From the NCBI GenBank assembly GCA_013239625.1, contig MU054831.1:1761408-1825407 (forward strand): DNA of 64,000 bases, read 5' to 3'. Source of the DNA: Lama guanicoe (Eukaryota). Of the stretch, positions 52,720 to 64,000 are shown in pieces. The position numbers and the translations under genes were made by a program. Positions within the stretch are counted from its first letter, which is position 1. Each line of letters opens with the position of its first letter. The notes under the pieces are model-generated. The model saw only the letters and a program-made list of their open reading frames with translations, did no database searches and was not told the DNA's origin.

Positions 52720-52795
52720 AACCAGCTTAAATGCCGTAGACTGAACGTGAAAGCTGGATTGTTAAAACTTCCAGAAGAAAACACAGGAGAAAGGG
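52720..52795 (+). mobile_element. L1 ORF2 fragment
   Basis: tagactgaacgtgaaagctggattgttaaaacttccagaagaaaacacaggagaa (KLPEENTGE, like L1 KLLEENIGE). Confidence 0.65.
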
Positions 52796-52921
52796 GTGGA
52801 GGTTCCTCCCAGAGGGCAGAGGGCGCTGCCAGTGGGGACGACACCATCCTGGGTCGTTACCGGAGTGGCGGTTCCACGGTGGACACGCATCAGAAGTGTC
52901 CCCTTTAGACTCGGTGCGAGT

Positions 52922-52995
52922 CTGCGCTGTCTACTGCGGCAGCCCCCAGCCACGCTTGGCTTCTGAGCATTGAAACCGGGGTGGAAACTGAGGCA
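52922..52995. mobile_element. MER3/MER33-like hAT terminal fragment
   Basis: gcgctgtctactgcggcagcccccagccacgcttggcttctgagcattgaaa. Confidence 0.55.
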
Positions 52996-55599
52996 AGCTG
53001 CCACCATCAGGCACGCTGGACCTCGAGCCTCGGCGTGAAACGCAACTGTGACTGTCTCGTGGACGCTTGCAGACAGGCTGCGCGTTGAGACAACGGGATG
53101 CTGGGTGTGCAGGGGCAGGAGGAGACTGGGGCTCCTGCCGCCGCTTTCTCTGTGCTCACGGTAACGTTTACAGCCGCTCGCGTAGCTTGCTGTTGGCCAA
53201 GGCTGGTGTGAGTGATGGAAAGTTTTATTTAAGTCACTTGGATAAATCTGTAACGGGAAAGGCCAGCTGTTGACAGAATTTGAACAGGCGAGTCTGCGTC
53301 TAGCATTATTCCGTATTGCAGTCAAAGTAACCTTTAGAGAGGAAACAAGGCATGTTTGCGCTGCAGTCTTCGTCAGAAGGGGTTGTCGTTAAGAAAAGAT
53401 GCCCTTTCAGTTAACCAGGATGGCGGCAGATGTACGACAGAGCCGCCCTCCCCGGGCTGGACGAGGGGTCGGAAGCGTGGAAGGTCGGTGATGGTCAGGG
53501 CGGAGGTGGGCAGAAGACGGCCCTGCAGAGGGGGTGTGTGTGTGGGTGTGCGCGCGCACGCACGTGGGAGTGGGTGACTGTGCGTGCGGGTGGGATGGGG
53601 TGAGTCCTGGGTGTGGGGGGCACACGGGGGTGGGATGCGTGGGGGGGTGAGTGTGAGGGCACATGCAGCCAGGCACAGGGTTGACTTGGGCTCACACGCC
53701 CAGACCCTTGCTCGCTGGGGCAGGTGTCAGCCCCGGGCTGTGTGACGCGTGGCTGCCCCACCGGAGGGCAGACGATGTGTGTTGTCCCCGAGAAGCCCTT
53801 CTCTTGGCCTCTCAAGGAGGCCTGAGCATCACCGTCACGTCGTGATGAGCTGTCTTCCCTGGCTTTGCCCGGCTCGGGGGAGTTAGGCTGCTGTGCGTGA
53901 CCTGAGTCACTCTTGTGAAGCCTGGCGTCAGTCACCTGTGATGGTACCAGCTGGGTTGGTCCGGCCGCCTGCTCCCGATGCCTGGAATTCTCCCCTAGAC
54001 CGTGCGGAACAGGCCTGCCCAGGGCTCTCGGGCAGCACACCACGCGGAGCCCCGCCAGCTGCCTCCTCATCTCACTCATTTTGAGTCTGGACGAGAAAGT
54101 AAGGACCTGAACACTGACGGCCTCGGTGCGCAAGGGACCAGAACAGAAGAGAAAGCCTGTTAGATCTCAGACAACTAGCTTTTCCAGCTTCTGGCTTAAT
54201 CACAAACAGACTCCACCACTAATGTGGAACGACAATGGTGATTAGTGTCTACAATAACATTTCATTAGTAATCACTGTGTTTTCAAATCGCGTAACACAC
54301 AGAGCCTTTTTCTGTGTTTCTTACGAAAGAGAAAGTAAAGTTTTTCTCAGGTTATAGCTTGGCGCGAAACTGGCCAAGGCCGTGCTGCACGGAGGACAGG
54401 ACCTGAAGATGTGATGAATTATAGAGAGTTGCCTCAGACCTTCAGTGAGATTGTGCGGGAGTGGCTCCCTGAGGCCTGGTAGAACCCGCTGGCGAGGGTG
54501 CAGCCAGCAGCAGGGTGGCCTGTCCCACCCTGAGCTCCCGCCCTGGCATCCCTGAGCATGTCCTGATGGAGGCGGTGTGCCCTGGGTGGTGGCGGCGGCG
54601 GGGACACCACCCCGCTGGGCTGTTCTCTGGGCTCCCTGAGCACTTCTCATGGGGCACACGGGCTGCAGTCGTTGCACTGCTCTCTGAGCATCACGTTCTC
54701 TGCACCAGTTTGCTCTCCAATATTTCAATATCCACCTGTAAGCATTTAAGAGCTCACACTCTTAATTCAAATAACACCAGGTGCACGGATGTGGAGTACT
54801 GTGTATTCAAATAAATAGTCTAACAAATTCCAAATAAGCAAGTTGGCAAATTGGTTTCAAGCCATTAAGCAGATTACACAGTTTAAAGACTCACAGATTT
54901 CGTTACACCTCCAGTGCCTCCGGCAAGGCTCAGCGGGCGGCCCCGTCAAAGGAGGTCGCTGCAGGCTCTCCTGAGTGCAGCCAGCCCCTCCCATTCCCAG
55001 GCCGGACCCCCCCCCAAGCCCCTCCTGACCGCTGCCCAGTCTACTCATCGTAAGGATTTTTGAGCTGTGCCCACTGTTCATAAAGGCAGTAAATGTCCTG
55101 GCTCAGCTCCCAGGGCAGTGTGGTTGCTGTCACCCCTCATTCCCGAGGAAGGGGAGATGGCTGGGGTGACTGTCCTGTGAAGGCACGGATGCAGACTGTA
55201 TACTTTATGCTGAAGGGACGTCTCCACGTGGCTTCTGCCCTTGAGGACCCTGACACCACCAGCACTTGTCCCCGCAGCGCCCCCACCAGGTCTCAGCTGC
55301 CTCTGACGCTCCTGTGTTCCCTACACCTGGAGCCCCCATCTCCCTCTGCCCTCCGCGCCCCAGGGGAGGCCCCTCTGTGGCCGGTGGTGACCCCCGTGTA
55401 GCCTCAGAACCGACCAGGTCAGGAGCTGCCCGAGGGGAAGGGGCAGGGCAGAGCCCCGGCGCCAGGACCGCAGGCCCGCGGTCAGCAGAGGCTGCGGCCA
55501 GCACGTGTCCACTGGTTCACGGTTGGTTTTATTTCATTTCAGTCTTGCCCCAGAGAGAAGGCCAGTTTGCCTCGGAGGCCGGCCACCTAGCTGGGCTGA

Positions 55600-56019
<420 letters not shown>

Positions 56020-59000
56020 TGACGCTAGCATCCCTTTTGGCGGTGTGCTCTGCTCGGTCGCAGTCCGCGGGGGCCCTTGGTGAGCAGGGGACACGGCAGC
56101 CCTGCGTGACGGGCCTCAAGTGCCTTCAGCGAGAGAGCCAGTCAGGGTTTGGCCCTCAGCGGGGAGCAGCCAGGGGTTCCAGATTGGGAGGGACATTTGT
56201 ACAAGGAAGAAACACTCTGCCCTCCTGCAGAGACGTCTTAGGGTGGCCTGGAGGGGTTCTGCCACAAACCAGAAGGAGAAGGTGTTTAGACACAAGCAGG
56301 CTGCCCGCCTGGGGTCTCTTGGACTTTCTCTAGTGGTGACGGTGTAAGTGGGTGGTGACTTTGAAGACAGATCAGATTGGGTGGGCAGTGCACTGGGGTG
56401 GCCAGAAGGGCAGGGGCCAGAGAAGGAGTGACCGAGCGGTGAGGGCCTGGCTGCTGGTGGATGAAGGGCACGCTGGTCTGGGGGCGGCAGCTGGAGCCCG
56501 CGGCTGAGGGTGCTGTGGGGGTCCCGGCCCTGCTAGGTGGGAGTGGGTCTGCTACACAGCTGCTTCTCATAAGCACAAAGTTTGTTTGATCTGAAGGGGT
56601 TTGGTCCATTCCAGACAGAAATGCTTTAAAGCAGCTTCACCCAAGCGATGGGTGTTGAGATGGGGCTGGGGACGCCCCTGCTGCCCCGTCCCAAAGACAG
56701 CAGCCGTGTGGCCTCTCAGTTGGCAGAGCTGTGCTCCAGGGAGGGCTTGGTGTCGCAAACCTGGAATCGAGGGCTGGAAGTGAACGGGGAGATTACAGTT
56801 CAGCCTCAGTAGGGCTGACCGACATCCCAGGTGCATGGGGGGCGGCTGCGTCCCTCGGGCTGGACCCCAGCATGCAGGCGGGGCTGCATTTGGGCCCTGG
56901 ACCTGGACCCTTTACTGGGGAAGGTGAAAGCCTGTCGTCTGTCTTCGTCTCTCCGGTGTCAGTGTGTGGCTGTCACTCATGTTTGCTGAGAAGGGCCGTG
57001 GGTTTTACCCAGAGACACACCGCAGGCTCCACAGAAATAGGTTCTGTTGTGATGGGGGCGGCTCCCCTGCACTGCCCTGCACGCCCTGATCCTGCAGACT
57101 CAGGCTGTGACCCCCAAACCCAAGTCAGCAAGCGGGGCGCTGTGCTGGGAGGGAGACCCGGGGCGAGGAGACGGAGACCGCGCCTGCCCCGGGGAGTGGA
57201 GCCAGGGGTTGCTCGCCTTGTGGCCAGTGGGTCACGGTCCGGCCGCTCGGGTGGGGCTCCCCCGGGTCTGCAGCTCCGTGCCCCATGACAGCCTCTCCCT
57301 GGCCTCAGCTCCTCACCATGAAGTGGGTGCACTGAGTGTGCGGCATATCCCCCAGCCCTGGGGGTGGCCAGGTGGCGCCCGGGGCAGTGGACGTGGGAGA
57401 TGGACGTGCGGGGCTGAGCGCCGGGCTGCCCAGCAGGGCCGTCCGCCTCTCGCTGGGGCTTCCTTGCGGGAAAGCACGTCTGTCCCTTCCCACTGAGGCC
57501 CCGTGAGAAGTCAGAACATCGTCTGGCCCCGAGCAGCTCCCCGCACGTGCCCACACCCCACTCACGGTCGGACAGGGTCCTGTCCACGGGCGGGCGTTCG
57601 CTCTGGCCCTGCCTGGCCCAGGCAGACTCAGTCAGCATCGCCTGGAGACCCTCCCCCCTCACCAGTCCCAGAGCTGGCACAGCTCATCTGTCGCAGGGCC
57701 CCGGGGACTCTGGATGCAGGACCGTGAACCCACGCTGGCTCCGACCTGCTGCTCCCCGCCAGCCACGTGGCCCACGATCTGGTCCCCCGAGGTCCCCGCT
57801 AATCTCCGGCTTCTGTGGCCGCCGGCTCTGCGCTGGCTCGTGCTGCAGGCCTGGCTGGCGTCGGCGCAGTTGTGCTGGCCGTTTGCTTTATGCCCAGTGG
57901 GAAGCCGCTCACCTCAGCCTTGTCGAGAGCTCCTTCTCTGACGGCAGGCCTCCGCCAACTGTGGGCTGGAGAAGGCCGGGCTGGTTTGCGGCATGGAGCT
58001 CCTGAGTGGTCCTTGCATGGAGCTGGGCGCCAAAAACATTCACCTCTGTCCTGAATTCACTTCTGCAGCCGGGGATCCCCTAGCCCTCCTTCTAGGACGC
58101 TCACCCCGCCCTGCACCTCCCAGCAGTGGTGGCCGGGCTTGCGTTCTCCGTGGGGAATGTCAGGTGATCGTCGCGATGCGGGAAACGTGCCAGGTTTCTC
58201 CCTCGCTGGCTGAAGCTGCGCGACTTGGGGAGGAAGAGCTGTGCCGTCAGCCTGGGCCTCGCCGCCTGGGCGCCAGGGCGGACAGCCTCGCCAAGCGGGT
58301 GTGCGCATCTGTACCCTGGGCAGCAGGGCTGGCACCGCCCGGGCTGGACCGGGCTGTGCGATTTGCGACAGGCTCTGTGGTCTGTGGAAGTGGCAGTTAG
58401 GGACAACGTCAGCCCGAGCCCGGCTTCACTTGGGTGTGTCTCGTGCCGTCAGATGTCGTGGGACGGATGCCCGCGGCTCCTGCTGGGCCGGGCCAGGGCG
58501 CCTCCCCTTTCTGAGCTGCCTGGCAGGGAGAAGCACGTTCGCTGCGGTGCCCACAGCGCTGGTCCCCGAGCTTCCCGCCACCACTGGGGCCTTCGTGCTT
58601 GGCTGTCTTCCGTCAACTTTGTGCTCTTTGAAAACACGGATAAGAGAGTATTCAGGAGGTTTTTAAAAAGGCTGTGTTGTGCTTTTCCAAAGGAACGCCT
58701 AGACATGGCGAGTTTGGTTAAGTACCAGGCAGCTATGACGTCGAGAAGGGCTCCCTTCAAACCTTGATGTCTGTCAGACTCAAACTGCTTCTCGTGTGGG
58801 ACATCCCCGGTGTGATGTGGACCTGGCCTTTCCCAGATACGCTCATTCGTATCTGAGCTGGACGGCCATCTCAGACAAGACACTGAGTCGATTGATTTAG
58901 CAGGAAGAGGGTGTAGACGGTTCCAGCGTTAAGCTTCACGTAAAGTGCTTTTTTAATCTAAAAAAATTCACGAAAGCAATGCATACTTATAACAAATTAA

Positions 59001-59149
59001 AACATCTGCAAAAGGCACACGTCCTGAGTCCGACTTCCGGGAGGCTCTCCTGTGATCGGTTTGGCATCTGTCTGTCCAGGTACCATCTGTGCCTGTGCCT
59101 GTGCCTGTGCATGGAGGTGTGTGTCTGTGTGTGTGAGATATGTGTGTGG

Positions 59150-59900
59150 TCTTTTTCTCCACCAAAACACTGGCTTTGCATTTCGGCCTGTTACTTTATT
59201 CTCTATCCAATGTTATACCACGGACACCAGCCGTTTCAGTGTGTGACGATCAGCGCCTTTTTCCATATGACTCCAGTGTGCAAGTATCGTAGAAGTTGTA
59301 ACTGTTTCCTGGTTTTTATTTTGCCAGCAAACATGGGTACCTCTGTTCACTGTTTCTGGAGGATAGCATCCTAAAAATGGGACTGCCAGCTCAAAAGAGG
59401 CTGCGCACCCTACAAGAACGAGCACACCGCATCCCACCAGCGGCTCACGAGAGGCCCTCGTCCCCTGGGTTACGGGGTGCTTCAGGCTCACTGTAGCCAG
59501 CCTGACGCAGAAGTCGGGATCTCTGACGTTTCCACGAGCAGTTCTGCCACTGTTAGGAAAGTTTGGGTGACTTTATCTTTCATCTTCCCTCCTCAAAAGT
59601 GAGCTTCGTGCCATGCTGCCAAACCGCTGTGTCTCACTCCTGTGGGTGCCGGGTGGCCCGTGCCCCTGAGCCGGGCTGTCTTTCTGGTCCAGCACGTTCC
59701 CGTGCCCAGCGTCTGGAACCACGCCGGTCACACGGGGAGGGTCCCTCCCTGTGTGGTGTTTGGTGGCTGTTCCCCCGTCCTTTTTCCCAGGCACTGTTTT
59801 CTCGTTGCTTTGTGGACACTCTTTATATGTTATGTACTATCCTGTGTCGTGTGTCCTGCGAAGATCATACTCCAGCCTGTCATTTGTCTTTCTAGAGTTC
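59150..59900 (-). mobile_element. L1ME-type remnant
   Basis: tgtttctggaggatagcatcctaaaaatgggactgcc…catcccaccagc. Preceded by (CTGTGC)4 at 59087-59110. Confidence 0.45.
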
Positions 59901-60142
59901 TCTTTTGTCATTATCAGAGTAAACAAATGTGCATAAATCAAACAACCTCACAAGGCTCATGCCAGGAACAGCGGCCCTGCCCCGCCCTGCTGGGCCCTGC
60001 CTGGCCCTGTGTCGTGACCACAAGGCACAGAAAGTGCAGCTTGAACCCATGGTGACCGGGGCTGCCCTTCCTTTCCTGTGTAACTTTCCTTTATCCTGAA
60101 GTTGATCGCTTTTTTCATTTGCTTAGTTTTCTGGGAGCCTGG

Positions 60143-60260
60143 ATTTTTTTTAATTGATGTATAGTTGATATATGATATTATATAAGATTCAGGTGTACAA
60201 TTTTTAAAGGTTCTACTCCATTTAGAGTCACTGTAAACCACTGGCTCTGTTCCCCGTGTG
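60143..60260 (-). mobile_element. Short L1 3'-terminal fragment
   Basis: tttttaattgatgtatagttgat…ttcaggtgtacaa…taaaggttctactccattt. Confidence 0.7.
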
Positions 60261-61003
60261 TCTCTGTGCCTGCTTTTGCTTCAACTCCAGGGCAGGCGGG
60301 CCAGAGGCTCCGCTCAGGCCGGGAAGACTCGCTCCTGTCCCCACGGCCCCAGCCGGGCCCCTGGGCCCCTGGGCCCCTCCCCTTGGCGGTCTCCTGGCGC
60401 GGGGGCCCTGCCTCGTCCCCAGACTCCACGTGTTCCTTCGTCCTTGGTTGTGCAGCTCCCCGAGCTTCCTGAGAAATCGCACACAGAATATGAGTTTTTT
60501 GAGTCTCTGGTAAATGTGTTTATTCCGGCTCCCACTTGGCAGAGAACAGGGTTGGGTCTAGAAGTCACTTCTCTTCACGACTTTCAGGTCTTCTCCTGCC
60601 CTGAGTAGCTGCTGCAGAATCTGACGCCACTCGCAAGGCTGGCCCTTGGTGCCCCCCGCCCCTCCCTGGCTCTGAAAGTTTCCCGGATCCCCCAGTGAAG
60701 GGCTGTGGGCCTTGGCCGTCTGGAGCCACGGCGAGCCCACGGCGCCCCCTCCGGGACACCAGGTCTCCTGATGGAGCTTCACGCCTTGAATCACCTGTCA
60801 GCGATCTTCCCCACTCTGTTCTGTCCACTCCTGGGCTTTGCATTGACTTGATGTCGGGCCTCCCGTCGTTTCATTTTCTCCCCTTTCTCTTCAGGTGCCT
60901 TCTTTCAGCACCTCCATTTTTATTTGAAGTTTCCTTTGCTGCCCTTGCAGGGTTCCAGGAAGAGCAGCTGCGAGCACAGGCCCGGGGGTGCTTTCTGCAC
61001 CTG

Positions 61004-61099
61004 ATCCCATCCTGTCTTGTCCTGTCCTGTCCCATCCCGTCCCGTCTTGTCCCATCCCGTCCTGTCCCATCCTGTCCTGTACCGTCCCATCCCATCCTG
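61004..61099. repeat. Compound pentamer repeat (CCTGT/CCCAT/CCCGT)n
   Basis: Direct read, about 19 units. Confidence 0.9.
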
Positions 61100-64000
61100 C
61101 TGCCACCACCACGTCCTGAGCATCCTGGGTGTCTGGATGTCTGCTTTCCCCGCCGGCTGCTGGACGTGGTGCCAGGACAAAGCAGTGTTGCTTCCAGACA
61201 GGCTGACCTCTGTGTGTGTGTCCCTGTGTCCCCTTGACTGTTAAACAGTTCGGGCTTACAACTGCACGAGGTGTTATGCTGTGACAGCCGTGGAGAGAAC
61301 TAAAACGTCAGGAAAATCAGTGCAGGGGAGGTGAGGGACAGTGAAGAGCCAGCCTGCGACTCATGGACGTGCTCCTGCCCGAGGAGGGGCAGGTGCTGGG
61401 GATGGGGCAGAATTTTTAGGTTGGGGGAGAGAGTGAATGGTCTTATCTGCCCCCGTCTGATGGCCTTTAGGGGAAGCGCCCCGGGGCCCCGGGAGCAGGC
61501 ACCCCGTCTGTGGAGACCCTCGGCATCCACGTGCTGTGAGCCGCGCCTCCCAACCCTTCTGTAGCTCTGCTTCTAGCGGCCCCACCCCCTCAGGAGGCAC
61601 AAGCAGTAGCTCTGGTCACTGGGCTCAGCCCCGGCGGGACCTCCAGTGCAGTCAGGGGCGACTGGCGGGGCGTGTGGCTGCACAGCCCTGCACGTGGCAG
61701 TGTGACCGTGACCTTATCGCAGGCAGGTGGCAACCCGCCTGCATCCTCGGGAGCCGTCTGGGCGATGACGTTTCACAGATTTCAGGAAACGGGCTTATGA
61801 ATGAACAGCCGGACAGTGGGCCACTGTGCTTCTGCGGTGGAGTCTGCGACTCACTCCAGCATGAGCTGTCCCCAGACTAGAGGCTGCCACCCTCTCCATC
61901 ACTGCCACCACGCAGGAGAAAGCCCCAGAACCGGCTGGGGAAGGGCCCACCCCAGCCCTGCGCCGGAAGGTCGAGCACCCGCCCATCAGTTAAACGCGCT
62001 GTCTCGGCCGCAGCCCCGTGTTTCCATGTTGCACTGGGCCCCGCACGTCGGGAGGGCCAGCAGCTGCAGCTGGCGCAGGGAGCGGTGAGTCCCTCACTGG
62101 GTCCTCTTTTGCAGGACAGGCACCTCTGAATTCACTAGGACCAGAGGGCAGGACAGACCCTTCGGTCTTTTGGAGTTTCCTGCCCAAGTGTTAGGGGGTG
62201 GGAGGGAGGGCAAGAAATAGGTAACTGAACAGAGTAATTTCAGACAGTGAAATGGCTGCTGTGTGGCACCAGAGGGTCAGGGTGGGGGCAGCCAGCTTGT
62301 CCCTCACGCAGCGGCTGAGGGAGGCCAGGGTGGGCCCTGGGGTGGATGGGGGCCAGGAGTGGATGGGGAGAGCGTGAGTCACACTAGGAGTCTGGGGTCC
62401 TTGGGCAGGGGACGTGGGAGGACAGACAAGGGGCAGAGTCTGACTGCCCTGCTGATGACCTGGTGGTATCGTCACTCAGCCAGGAACTTTGGACGTGAAA
62501 TGGCCTGCAGGGCAGTCCCAGTGCACGGCCGGTCTGAGGCTGGCCCCTGGTGACCCTGTTGCCACCGCCCCACCCACACACCATCTCCTGATGCCACATG
62601 GCCCTGCTTCACCGCTTCCAGGCAGCCCCTGACAGGGCCCTTCCACAGGGGCCGGACCCTGCGCCGCCCTGGCTCCCAGGGGCGCCCTCTCCCCTCAGCC
62701 CGCGAACGGACCAGTGGTTGAGGAAGCCCCGTGTGGACTCGGCTGAGGTCTGGGTGGTGGGGGAAGAGCTGCTGTTGTCTTGATTATCAGTCTGGTGAGA
62801 TTATAGCTTTTTTTTTCTTCTTAAATAATAGCAAAGTAAGAAACTCAGCATAGAAATAGAAATAAATGAAATGTGAATCTCCGGTTATCTCAGTGGTCTA
62901 AAAAGTGTCTATAAAAGTAGAAGCAGAGCCCTGGCTGGTGGAGAGGCTGGTTCACGGTCGCTCCTTTTCCTCTCTCGTGGTGGAAGCCCTTCCAGGGAGC
63001 CTTGCTTGACACACAAACACTTCAGAGCAGACAGGGCATCTCTCGCTGAACCCGGGCCTTGGAGACAGGCTGAGCCTCTGGAAGGGGCTGCCGCCTTCCT
63101 AACAGGTTTTGATTTCTTGGGGCAGTGTAGGCGGCCAGCTTCTCACTCCCCCTTCCAGGGCCCACAGAGCAGCAGGCCTTTGCCTCCTTCAGAGTCACCT
63201 GGTGGCGCGGACCCCTCAGCGCTGCTCCCCGAGGGGCGGAGCCGGCAGCCACGAGACACACGCGTGGCCCAATTTGCATAGCCCCAGCCAGCTTACTTCC
63301 GATTCCAGGGGAGACTCAATTGTGTTGCTTGTTGCTCTAGAGAGCAGTTAAGTTCCTGTTCCAGGAAGATTAAAAACAGCAGGGTAGCTGATTAAAAATG
63401 AAAACAAGAGGTAAAAACTGACTAATCTGCAAATCCACAGTAGTAGGAGGTTGAACGCAGTCAAGTAAAACCTCAGGACACAGGCATCTCCGGCATGGGG
63501 GCGGCCTCTCCCTGCCCTGGGCTCCAGCGCCGCCGGCCACTGGACCAGGAGGTGCCTGTGCCGGGTCCACACAGCGGGCGCCGGCGGCAGCCTCACCTGA
63601 GTGCTGGAGTTTCCCACAGTGGGTCCCACCCCAGATGGGTGACTGGACTGGTCTGGGGGTGGTCTGGGTCCAGGTGCAGAGGGTGGCGCCACCGAGGGCT
63701 TAAAGCTGCGGGTTCACAAAGGGCTCCGTCCACGCAAGTAGAGCTGTTAACAAAACCAAACCGAGCCAAACACCTGTGCCCTGGGGTCAGGCGAATGCAG
63801 AGGGAGACGGGCACTCACCCGTACAGTGTGGCCTGTCCTCTCACTGGGGTGGCGGTGCCCTCGCGCCTTCACAGCGGCCATGCAGAGGTGGCCAGGAGCT
63901 CACATGAGCAGCTCGTTCCTGGGTGCTTACGTGTAGGTGGGGTTTTGATTTGCAGGTGAACAGAAAGCCTGAAATGTGGAAATCGTAATAACATTCATGA

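Overview
This is vertebrate genomic DNA: a GC-rich 64-kb stretch lying entirely inside the mammalian HDAC4 gene (class IIa histone deacetylase) on the + strand. Four coding exons splice in frame with canonical GT-AG sites: 26632-26876, 42328-42478, 50501-50621 and 55707-55828 (exons 4-7 by analogy to human). They encode the CtBP-binding PMDLR motif, the Gln-rich helix, the MEF2-binding motif and the start of the first 14-3-3 site. The rest is intron, with old L1/HAL1/L2/MIR/MER33/MLT1 relics, a younger L1 with a target-site duplication, and a tRNA-derived SINE resembling the camelid Vic-1 family, which suggests camel, alpaca or llama. The supplied ORF track is almost all noise, and I found no prokaryotic-type system, CRISPR array or RNA gene. 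The best leads are inferences about hidden HDAC4 architecture. (1) A CpG-rich internal promoter with a GC-box minisatellite and a phase-compatible 9-codon alternative first exon (MLIVDILVY) would give an HDAC4 lacking the CtBP motif. (2) An open, frame-preserving 123-bp cassette-exon candidate lies just before the MEF2-binding exon. (3) Several consensus MEF2 sites are paired with STAT or CRE motifs, suggesting autoregulatory feedback. (4) Repeats and protein both show a strong AT-to-GC shift. Repeat family names and comparisons with human HDAC4 come from memory, not from a database search, and repeat boundaries are approximate.
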